DNA from: Amoebidium appalachense | Lineage: Eukaryota > Protista > Ichthyosporea | Assembly: GCA_963693365.1 (NCBI GenBank) | Contig: CAVNZM010000012.1 | Coordinates: 9,211,056 to 9,275,055 of the forward strand | Length of the DNA: 64,000 bases | Direction: 5' to 3' | Shown here: one piece after another, positions 28,819 through 40,200 of the stretch | Layout of the letters: each line of letters starts with the position of its first letter | Position numbering within the stretch: position 1 is the stretch's first letter | Position numbers and translations under genes: made by a program | The notes under the pieces: model-generated | Database searches by the model: none | Told to the model about the DNA's origin: nothing | The model's input: only the letters and a program-made list of their open reading frames with translations

Positions 28819-30421
28819 AACCTTTGGAGCAAGCATACTGCTCTCGTGCCGTGGTTTACAACCATTGCAGGTTCACTTTCGTCCAAGGGGATGTCCCCCT
28901 AGAGGCAACACACGTCCCGGAGTATTTTTCATAGAGGTTTTATTTGTGGAAATTATTGACATAAATATTTTTCTGGGTAAACACGTAGGATGGGTGTTCG
29001 ATACCAACATAACCATGTAGGCTTCATTTCGTGTTTTAGCAGTTAGCGGTTGGCTGCCCGCACACGGGCACCTATTAGCCAATCAAAACATCAGATACCA
29101 CAGATCACTAGACCGAGTTATGATTGGCTCGGATCAGATTTCACATATCACTAGATCGATTTTGATTGGCTCAGATCGGTAGGCTTAGGTATATAAGCAC
29201 GACAGTTTTTAGCAGATCAGCAAGCTACAAACACATCTTCTGTGTTTAGCATCCACAGCCTTACAGCTATATATTCCTTTTCACCCACCCACCTACACCC
29301 ACACTCAACCCCCATTGATCCACACATACGTGCTGTTTTTTCACGGGGCGAAGACACTCCCCGTTTTTTGGGCACATGGACCTCACGGATCAATAAATTG
29401 ATGGCTGGGGCCTTGCCGTGGTTTACAACCATTGCAGGTTCACTTTCGTCCAAGGGGATGTCCCCCTAGAGGCAACACACGTCCCGGAGTAGTTTTCATA
29501 GAACATCATATATTTATACATGTTCTTAACACAACCGTCTAAATATAAGTATTCCTAATAGTTGGGGAACATAGATTAATTCTACGTCATGGGAAAAGAG
29601 GAAAAGAAATGGGAATTAATGAGGAATGTAGGTTACTATATTTGGGAAAATATAACGAGATCTGATTGGATGACTTATTTAGATATTGACGCAAACAACA
29701 ATACGTGTGCGCGGGCTAAATAGCTCAATGTGTACACAGATCTAAGATATCTGTGCACACGGGACCGGAAAGGAAAGAAAGAAAGGAAGAAAGGAATAGG
29801 GAAAAGGAAACAAACTACAACAAACTAATAATGATGTGTAAAACTCAACTTCTAAGTCTTGCCGTTAATCATGGGAAGATGACAATAGGATGGTTACACG
29901 TGTGTAACTATCCTACACTGTGCTGGCCTACACTGTGCTAGCACACTGTGCTGTGTGTGTAACCATCCTACAAACTCGTGCTGGCCTACACTGTGCTAAC
30001 ACACTGTGCTGTGTGTGACACGTAACCATCCTACAAACTCGTATCAAGGGCATAACATTTACTCAAACGCTTGTCCCAGGCACCTATTTGCCCAGCACTC
30101 GCACGCACACACACCGTCTTGCACACACACATTGACACGCACATACACACAGATCAAGCACATCCACGCGGCGCTCAAACGGGCCCAAGAGCTCAAGGAC
30201 AGCAAGAGCTCAAGGACAAAGGACTGATCCGTGTTTGCTGTCAAGTGCCTCAGCCTTCCCGATGGTCAGAAATCCGTTTAAGATTCGTGCAAAACCATTT
30301 ATGTTCTTCTGTCACGTTACCAGTCTTGGCTGCCTAACACGTGCAAACATTTTTGTTCTTCTGTCACGCTACCAGGCTCGGGTGCCTAACACGTGACACA
30401 ACATAAGTGGGCATGTTGCAT

Positions 30422-31224
30422 TGTCATCTTCCCATGATTCATAGCAAGACTTAGAAGTTGAGTTTTATATTTGTTTATTAGTTTGTTGTAGTTTGTTTCC
30501 TTTTCCTTTCTTCCTTTCTTTCTTTCCTTTCTGTTTCCGTGTACACCGATATCTTAGATCTGTGTACGTATCGACATACTTAGCTCGCGCACACGTATTG
30601 TCGTTTGTGTCAATATCTAAATATGTCATCCAATCAGATCTCGTTTGTATTTTCCCAAATATAGTAACTTACATTCCTTTCCCATTCCTTTCTCACGACG
30701 TAGCATTGTGCTATATTCTCCAACTATTAGGAATAATTATATTTAGACGTGTTATGATAAGAACATGTATAAATGTATGATGTGAACTAATAGTTACATA
30801 AGTGGTTTCATTTTGTTAAATGTTTCCGTGCTTTTATTAGAAGTTTCTTTCATTAGAGGATTGCATTTTATATTCTATGTGTCGACAGACATTTCGGGTC
30901 GATATATTTTACACTCATAGTTTTCGTCTTTCTGATTGAAAATAGAGTTTTCGTTCTTTTGATTGGTTTATCGTTTTCACATTCCCAAGTATAAAAGGGA
31001 CTTCATCTTGAAATAAATCTCAAGCAGTCGTATTCATTTCCTATGGCCCCAGAAATCGTTCCACCTCTCCGGTTGTGTTTCTCCCGTGCCCTCTGTGTTG
31101 TGTATAACATAACACCCATCTGTGCTCCCTGCTTCTCCGTTTACCCACACAAAACGACAGGTTATGGGCCCAGCACGCTTCCACTGCGCCACTCTGCTTC
31201 TCCGTTTACCCACACAAAACAACA
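30422..31224 (+). mobile_element. Solo LTR of copia C with captured tRNA-half and duplicated U5 end
   Basis: TSD TGCAT 30417-30421 / 31225-31229; LTR 30422-31159, then 39 nt of tRNA complement, then a repeat of the last 26 nt of the LTR. Confidence 0.92.
31160..31198 (-). tRNA. Reverse-transcribed 5' half (first 39 nt) of initiator tRNA-Met; not a tRNA gene
   Basis: Minus strand AGCAGAGTGGCGCAGTGGAAGCGTGCTGGGCCCATAACC is the eukaryotic tRNA-iMet 5' end through the CAT anticodon arm; the 3' half is absent. Confidence 0.93.
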
Positions 31225-32229
31225 TGCATCGGGTCACTGTAGGTACCTAAACTCAGCACTTACAGCCCTCATGCATCCCCTCATGCATCCATTTTGGTAC
31301 CTAAACTCAGCACTTACAGCTCTCATGCATCCATTTTATATGTGCAAATATATCTCATTACATTGTATACGCTACGTATACAATAATATTTGGCATCATG
31401 CCTATATATAGCATCAATGCCCATATATATATAATTCTAGCGTATACGCTAATACTTGGCATCATGCCTGTATATAGCATCAATGCTCATATACATTAAA
31501 TTCTACGGCAGGCACATGTGAACTTGTCTTGCGCACCAAAAAACAAAGAGCCGTATACTGGGCAATACAGCCCTCACTATGTAAAATACGCACCAAAAAA
31601 CAAAGAGCCGTATACTGGGCAATACAGCCCTCACTATGTAAAATACACAGTTACCTAACAGTTACCTATTACACGGTGACCAGTTCCCGAACAGTTACCT
31701 AATACACAGTTACCTAACGGTTACCTTATAAGGCAATGGTTACGCAATAAGGAAATGAGGACTTATGGTGCCGATGCCTAGTATTTACAGTTGTTAAAAT
31801 CATACATCGGCTAGTATTTACCGTTGTTAAAATCATTGTTAAAATCATCGAAGCCGTCGAAGTCAGCCCCACCGTAGCTTTGGTCGGAAGCTGTATGGAT
31901 ATGAAGAGAGCTCTGTAAGTATGCAAGCCCAAACCATTCCGAGGTTGTAAACTTACTGCAAACTTTTCCACACGCACATGTGTGTGGGTATATCCATATG
32001 TTTCTTCTGTACCTTCAACAAAAAAACCACTGTACCTTCACTAAAAAACCATTGTGCACGTGTGCTTGTAAGTGATGGGCACGTGTGCTTGTGAGTGTGT
32101 GGGTATATCCATATGTTCCTTCAACAAAAAACCATTGCACATGTGTGCTTGTGAGTGATGCGCACATGTGCTTGTGAGTGATCAGTGATCACTGTCATCT
32201 CGATGGGTTAAATGGTGTTCTAAACGGGA

Positions 32230-33060
32230 GTTGTACAAGTATGTGTGTGTGGGGTCGGGGTTGTACAAGTATATGTGTCTGGGGTCGGGGTAGTACAAGT
32301 GCTATGCCGCAGAATAGGATACTGCAGTACAAGTATATGTGTGTGGGGTCGGGGTTGTACAAGTATATGTGGGTGGGGTCGGGGTAGTACAAGTGCTATA
32401 CTGCAGAATAGGATACTGCAGAATAGGATAGCTCTGTGTCTTGGTTGTTATTGCGTAAGTGTAATAGGATAGCTCTGTGTATGTCTTGGTTGTTATTGCA
32501 TGGCTCTGTGTATGTATGTCTTGGTTGTTATTGCATGGTTGGTTGTTATTGCATGGTTGTTATTGCATGGTTGGTTGTTATTGCATGGTTGTTATTGCAT
32601 AAGTGTAATAGGATAGCGCTCTGTGTATGTCATAACAACCAAGACAAACACAGAGGTGTATGTCATAACAACCAAGACATACACAGAGCTGAGAGCTGTG
32701 CATGTCTTGGTTGTTATTGCATAAGTGTACGTGTAAGGATAGCTCTGTGTATGTCACTTATGCAATAACAACCAAGACATACACAGAGCTGAGAGCTGCA
32801 TGAGTGTAATAGGATAGCTCTGTGTATGTCATAACAACCAAGACATACACAGAGCTGAGAGCTTTGGTTGTTGTGTATGTGTGTGTGGGGTCAACCAAGA
32901 CATACACAGAGCTGAGAGCTGTGTATGTCTTTACTTAGAGCTGAGAAAGTGTACGTGTATGTGTGTGGGGTCGGTGTGTGGAGTGTACGTGTATGTGTGT
33001 GTGGGGTCGGTGTGTGGGTGTGTGTGTTGGTTGTGTGTGTGTGTGTGTGTGTGTGTTGGG
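32230..33060. repeat. Mixed direct/inverted minisatellite (TTGGTTGTTATTGCA / CATAACAACCAAGACATACACAGAG / GGGGTCGGGG units)
   Basis: Visible repeated units in both orientations. Confidence 0.8.
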
Positions 33061-33783
33061 GGGGGGGGGGGGGGGGGGGGGGAAGGGGGGGGCCACGTAC
33101 GCTTAATGGCAAATCTCAATGTGAACTTGCCGTCAGCCACCACAGTGATAGACCCCTCGGCCGTGGGGTTGGCAACGTCATTGCGCGAGGACAGGTCAGC
33201 CCTCACAGTGTAGGTGCCGGCCGGTACGGGCGGGGAACGTGAACGCGCCATTGGCGTCGGTCTTGACACTGCCGCCAGCCACGGGGACACCGTTGCGAAG
33301 GAGAGTGATGGGGATGGAGGGCACGGGGGGCTCACCCTGATCATAGGCCTGGTTCTTGTTGGTGTCGATGAACACACTGCCTGTAATCGTGGCTGGACGG
33401 AAGGAGGAAGGGAAGATCGTGAGTGACCGTGGCTGGACGGAAGGAGGAAGGGAAGATCGTGAGTGACTGTGCGTAGTGGTGTTGTATTGGTGTTGCATAG
33501 CCAGAAAAATTAAAATTGTGGCTGGACGGAAGGAGGAAGGAAAGATCGTGAGTGACCGTGTGTAGTGGTGTTGTATCATTATATAAATTCTTGGTCACGA
33601 AAGAGTGAATGCATCTGCATGTACTGCGTTCTTGTACATAGGCAACGGGAGAGAGGGGATGTAAACATACCAGGCTTGGGTGCAGGTGGTGGCGGAGGGG
33701 TAAGGGGGCAATGGGAAAAAGGGGATGATACACATACCAGGCTTGGGTGCAGGGCAATGGGAAAGAGGGGATGATACACATAC

Positions 33784-34101
33784 CAGACTTGGGTGCAGGT
33801 GGTGGCGGAGGGGTAAGGTTGCCCAAAATCCTCAAGTCAAACTTGGAAGTCTGGCCGGGAGCAAGAGAAATCGTCTTGGATCGTAGCACGGTGGCCGGGA
33901 CGCCTTGAATGGCACCGATAGTGACCACATAGGTGCCCGCCTTAAGGGGGGCAAACTCGTAGAAGCCATTTGCTGCCGTGGTGACGGTCCGGGGGGCCTG
34001 GCCGGTAGCTGTGAGGGTCACAGAGATCTTGGCGAGACCCTCCCCGTTGTCGACCTTGTTGTCGGAATTCTTGTCGTTGTAGACGAAGCCGTTAATCTTG
34101 C
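33784..34101 (-). CDS. Exon encoding an SdrD-B-like domain
   Basis: GKINGFVYNDKNSDNKVDNGEGLAKISVTLT...TTAANGFYEFAPLKAGTYVV; 318 nt, phase 1-1, TGCAG acceptor and GTATG donor. Confidence 0.8.
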
Positions 34102-37088
34102 CTGCATATTATAGGTGCATGTTAGGAAGTTATTCTAGGTTTGCTACGTTTTGGTTTTATCCCTGACAGTTGGCCTCCCGCACAACTCCTAACTCAATAC
34201 AAATTAACACCTCAAAAAGGCACCTGCCCTGTTCTTAGGAGTTGTAGCAGGAGTTGTAGCCAATCAGTACAAAAGTGGCTACAACTCCTAATACCAATTC
34301 TGATACTCCTAACTCAATACAAATTAATACTCCTCAAAAAGGCACCTGCCCTGTTCTTATGCATCAATCAGTACAAAAGTGGCTACAACTCGACAAATTA
34401 ATACTCCTCAAAAAGGCACCTGCCCTGTTCTACTGCATCAATCAGTACAAAAGTGGCTACAACTCCTAATACCAATTCTGATACTCCTAACTCAAGCTCT
34501 CTTAAAAATTAATACCATTAACAGATGCGGTGACTGTGAGAATGCAAAATAATAATTTATTGATTCTATATCATTCATGCCTTACCATTCTATTTATGTA
34601 TTGATTCTATATCATTCATGCCTTTCCATTCTATTTTATGTAACTGTATCGAATTGGAATCAAATGAGTGATCGTTTCAACGGTTGAACATTTAGACGAT
34701 TGGTCGTTTAGTTGGTTGAATGTATAGACGATTAGGTCACCTAACAGAATTCGTATCCAATTGTAGACTATAGTCTTATAAGAGTGGAATATAGCCGTCG
34801 GTTGAACATTTAGACGATTGGTCGTTTAGTTGGTTGAATGTATAGACGGTTAGGTCACCTAACAGAAATCGTATCCAATTGTAGACTATACGCTTATAAG
34901 AGTGGAATATAGCCGTTTTAATACAATGACAAACAGAACAGACAAAATTTTGTAATTAAGATATTTGGATGTGATGTAATTGCTACAATCCTAAGAGTGG
35001 AATATAGCCGTTTTAATACAATGACATATTTTGTCTGTTCTGTTTGTCAGTGATGTAATTGCTACAATCTTGGAGATGCTTAATCATCCCATTGGCATTG
35101 GTGTAAGCCCCTGAGTCTGCATCTATTCAGTGAATAGTATGCGTTCATTGCAATGATTGTTAATCGTGCTGAATGGCATTGGTGTAAGCCTCTGAGTCTG
35201 CATCTATTCAATGAATAGTATGCGTTCATTGCAATGATTTTAAATCGTGCTGAATGGTTGTAGACGAAGCCATTAATCTTGCCTGCATAATATAGGTGCA
35301 TGTTCGGAAGTTATTCTAGGTTGGCTACGTTTTGGTTTTACGTTTTGGTTTTATCCCTGACAGTTGGCCTCCCGCACTTTATACCCTGTTCGGGACGCCT
35401 CGACTGAGACTTCCTAACAATGTTAACTTTGTTGCGGGTCCTACGTCATAGCCAAGCACAAAGTGCTGCGGGACCTACGTCATCCGCAAGCACAAAGAGA
35501 CTTTTGGACTCCCGCACTATCGAAAATAAAAAATGCAGATGTTTTGTTAACCCATCTATTCAGTACCCACTCTGATTGGTCGAAACAACGTGCCATTGGT
35601 CGAAACAACGTGCCATTGAAGGGTTTTCGGTGTCGATGGGGTAGGGGGGTAGTGGAGCATGTGTATGTGCGTGTGTGGGGAGGGGGGGGGGGGGGGGGGG
35701 GGGGGGGCAGGGGGGTCAAGAACCTACCAGGAATGGGAGGCAGGACAGGCACGATGGTCTCCTCGGGGTTGGTGCCGGCCTGGATCGTAATCGTGAACTC
35801 GGATTCCTCTCCATCCAAAGGCTGACGATCATCGGGATAGTGCGGCTTTATCGTGTACTGGCCGGGGGGTACTGTGATCGTAATTTGACCATTGGCGTTG
35901 GTCTCCGCCGTAACAACAAGGGTGCCCTGCAGGTTGTAAACCTCAACCTCGGTGTTGGCTACAGAAATGCCATCGGGATCACGGATCGTAATCGTAATTG
36001 TGCCCCTGTCAGCCTGCAGCTTGAACTCCTTGTTAAATTGTATAAATATTTTGGGATGAAAGCAGAGACACAGTGGTGCAGTGTGAAAACACCACAGACA
36101 CACACAACAACAAAACACGGAACGATCGGAGCAGTGTACACAACAGACATCAATGTTTAGACACGACTGAACTCAATTTATTTTGATCGCTAATAAATAC
36201 CTGAAATTCCCTTAAGTTAAATCCATACATGATTTCCGACCAGTCGGAAATCAGATCTATGTCTAAAATAACCAATCACAATTAACTGATTATTTCCCGG
36301 ATAGATCCGGAGACACAGGAACGCACACCATAGGTCACAGCTATAAGAAAGAAAAGAGGTGAAGAGTAACGAGGAAAGAGGTGATGTTTCTAACCTATCA
36401 TCGGCTACAAAGACTCAGACATTTTCTGACTAAGTCCACTGATTGGATATAGTACGGCAACACACAAAACAAAAGTGGTTGACTAAGCTATGAATCATAC
36501 CTGACAAGCTAAAGTGTAACCTAAGTGTTTTTCTACCAATCAAAACATAACGAGTAATATAAATCTACTCAACGTATATTAGTGAGAGAGAAATATAATT
36601 ATGTGAAAGGAAACAAGAGAAGAAAGAAAGAGAAAAGAAAGAAGAAGAAAGAGGAAAAAGAAAAGAAAGCAGGACAGAAAACACGAACAGCAAAACACAG
36701 TTATAACCGAAGATATTCATGTACACATAACATGTACACGTTTCTCCCTCACTGGGTAGACTCGTGTACCTATAATCAGTTGCTGTAATCGATATCTAAA
36801 CACACGAATATAGCCGACACAACACGATTACAAGTACTCAAATACACTGGAGATCGATGTCATAATTTACGTACAAGGAGCACATCTTTTTCAGGGGTTT
36901 ACGCTGTTTACTCGAGGCAAAGAGAACCAGTCTCAGGTATGGGGGGGGGGGTTTTGCTCGGAATATCCCCTCAGCGGTATATCATGATCACGTACATAGA
37001 TGTCGGGTGGTGACTATATATCAGGGTTTACTTTCTCTACGAGACACCATAAAGACTACAAGGAGAAATCAATTAGTTGGGGTTCCCC

Positions 37089-37133
<45 letters not shown>

Positions 37134-37225
37134 GGGCTCCCCTCGGGACACTCGGTATCAGCTGGTTGTGTGTGTGTGTGTGGTGTGTGTGTGTGTGTGT
37201 GGGTTTGTGTGTGTGTGCGCGTGCG

Positions 37226-40200
37226 CTATAATTTTGTAGTGATGTGTTTCTCAAGCCAATCAATACATCTAATAAACAGGTCGTAGTTACGCGTGTTTAG
37301 TATAAAATCAAGGATGTTGTAATTTACAGGTAGGCTATCTTTCTGGGTGTCTGTTGTGAATGTGACGTGTGTGTGTTGCGGTATTATGTGGTCTATCAAA
37401 CTACATTTGGCGATACATGACCGGTTAAACTGGTGTGTGTGTGTGTTGTTTGGGCATGCAAATGATGCCACCTTATACTTATTAGATCTCCACTGTATAG
37501 CACGTGTACAGTAAAAGCGTGGTAATTGATCAATAATACCATCAGCTAGAGAAAGACCAGTTCTACAGGAAGGTAATATGTATTTAGGTGTTATACACTT
37601 GCGAGTGCCATATTTGGCAATATGGTTGAGGCGGTCAGTATATATAAAACGAGACATAAGGCTTAGTTTTTCAAGGTGTATGCTTTCATCGGGTCTAGTG
37701 TCGTGTGGTATCTTTTTCCATTTGTTATATTGCGTGATTATCTTGTGATTGTGTACATGTTTAATAAGTAAGTGGCAGTCCAAAGTCACACACACACTAT
37801 TGCGGGGTTTATTTGTATTTGTGCCCAGGGGAGAAGGGGAGAGAGAGGGGAGGAAAGAGGGGAGAGGTGAGGAGGGGACAGGTCGGATAGAGAAGAGAGG
37901 GTGGGAGGGCAAATACTTCTTTAAGCGGCTTATGTGCTTATTGAATTTCAGCGCGAGATAGGATACTCTAGCAGCTATTGGGACCAGACCATATATCGAG
38001 AGCGTTACAGGCCCAGGTTTACAACAGTTGTTAGATAGAAAGGAGGCAACTTCTGCTTCAAGGAAATTTGCCAAGGGTTTAAGCGCTCTAGTTCTCTCTT
38101 TCTTGATCCAAGCGGCGAGAAGGGGTAAACCATATTCACATGCCGGGAAGACAAAAGTGCGAATAAATGTAAGTCTAATAGAAGGATGGAGGGGTGTGTC
38201 TTTAAAAATATTAGCCGAGAAGAAAGCTAACCGCTTACGAGCCAACTCTACCCTCTTTTCGACCATATGGGGAAACATAACACCAACAGAATCAACCGGA
38301 ACACCAAGATATTTGTATTCTGGAACTATAGGTACAGGTTTAGATGATAATGTAAATGTGTGTAAATTGTTAGCTATATCAGGTACAAGAACACCACATT
38401 TGTCTATGTTAAGGATCATAAGGTTTGCCTTGCACCACTCTGACACTACATCGAACAATCTTTGCAGGCGTCTAGGGGTACGGGCAAGGAGGGACAGATC
38501 ATCAGCATAGAGAAGTGCAGGCGGAAAGTTATTAATAGGGTCATCGTTTTCGGCGTAAATCTTGACAGCCAAATCATCTATAAATAGGTTAAACAAAAAG
38601 GGGCTAAGCAATGAACCCTGCAAGAGACCTCTAGTACGAGCAAAACCATATGAAAGATGCCCATTAACCACAGCTCTACCATAGGTTTGAGACAAGAGTG
38701 CTTCTAACAGAACACCAATGCAGTGTGGTACACCCCGTGCAGCAAGCTTTTCCCATAGGAGACCAGGGGAGACAGAATCGTAAGCAGTTTTCCAATCAAT
38801 AAAGCCAACATATTGTGCACCAACTTGCATAGAATCGTGCAGTGCCATTATTTGAACATAACATGAATTGTTTTTACGAAAAGCGGATTGGCATGGGTGT
38901 ATGTGAAGAATAGATTGAAACCTAGGGTGATGTGCAAATAACCTAAGTAAGCAAGCTTCAAAGAATCTACGAACAACCTGGGTTAGTGTAATGGGGCGAA
39001 AGGATGATATGGGGCCCTCAGAGTCCTTCTTAACTATGGGGATCACTAAGGTATCTAACCAAGATGACGGGACATGTCCACATTTAACACACCAAGAAAA
39101 GAGAGAGCTTAACATGATAGTAAGATCAGGTTTAATAGCACGATCACTTTCCTTTTGTGGGTAGGAGGGAACAAGGATTTTAAGAAACCCAGCAGGGAGT
39201 CCATCAGGTCCACAAGACTTACTAGAGCTATAACTAGATATCACAGACCATATGGCATCGGGACTGAAAAAGGGGAGGATCGATTCTATGGGGATAGATG
39301 GGTCTACAGGCCACACAATAGGTTTCTGAGCGGGGGTCCTATCTTTAAACAGTTCCGAGAAATACTTATCAGAGTCTATGAGGGGGTCTCCAGTGGTATC
39401 ACCAATAATACGAGCAGGGGGGCCAAATCGATTCATACTAGCAAGCCGGCGCAAGCTTTCCTTTTGAGACAGGGGTTCACCTAGTCTAGCGGGAGTGGTG
39501 TTTGGTAACAAGAGAGCATCGGGGTATTCCTTCCTACCACCGCCAGCATAATCACCGAGATCTATCAAATCATCAACAATAAAGTTAGTGCATGTATCTA
39601 GTACGAGATGTGAATCTGGCCTGGCTTGTGCAGATTCTAATAGGCGCATATATATAGGGTGTTTCGTAGCATAGCATACACATACATCAACTCTACCCCA
39701 CTGTGACTTAAGCTGGGATAGACGGAGGCGAAAGGTGGGAGGGGGAGGGGGGAGCAGATCAAGGGAGATCTTAGGTAGGAAAAGGATAGGAGAGTGGTCA
39801 GATGACCTAGAGAGGTTAGGAGGGAGAGAGAGTTTTGACATGGTTGATGGCCAAAAGGCCACTCCCCAGTCGGTGTTGTGGGCATGGGATATTTGAGGGA
39901 ACCGCAAAGTGTGACTTTGGACATACCTTGCTAAAGGGATAGCACGCTCCGGGGGCTTAGATGGGTACCCGACACTCACTTGCAGTGTGTCTGTGTGGTG
40001 GAGTCGCGTGTTAAAATCACCTAAAATAACAGTGGACATTGGTAACTGTGACAACTCGTGAGTCAATTCGACAACCGACATAGATGGTGGGTAATATACA
40101 AAAGTAAAAACATTAGAAAGAAACTCTATAGAAACCGAGAATTCCGTTTTTGCTACCGGTTTGCACTTCACTCTCACGTGTGGTGCGGCAAGTACAATAA

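Larger units (their letters stand above)
24066..29502 (+). mobile_element. Ngaro/PAT-type tyrosine-recombinase retrotransposon copy 2, complete, with split direct repeats A1-ORFs-B1-A2-B2
   Basis: A1 24066-24413 = A2 28936-29283; B1 28847-28935 = B2 29414-29502 (one mismatch seen). The internal B1|A2 junction reproduces the joined termini CATAGA|GGTTTT. No TSD; gag, RT/RH and YR ORFs present. Confidence 0.95.
23677..29884 (-). mobile_element. Solo LTR of copia C (23677-24065 + 29503-29884), split by Ngaro copy 2
   Basis: TSD ATAGG 23672-23676 / 29885-29889; the halves rejoin as ...TAGTTC|ACATC, as in 477-1254. Confidence 0.92.

Noticed and set aside
22810-30227. Possible plus-strand host exons at ~22818-22893 and ~30163-30227
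   Set aside because: Plausible splice signals but no recognisable protein similarity; cannot be supported.
31160-31198. Intact tRNA-Met gene
   Set aside because: Only the first 39 nt are present; no T-arm or 3' acceptor strand.
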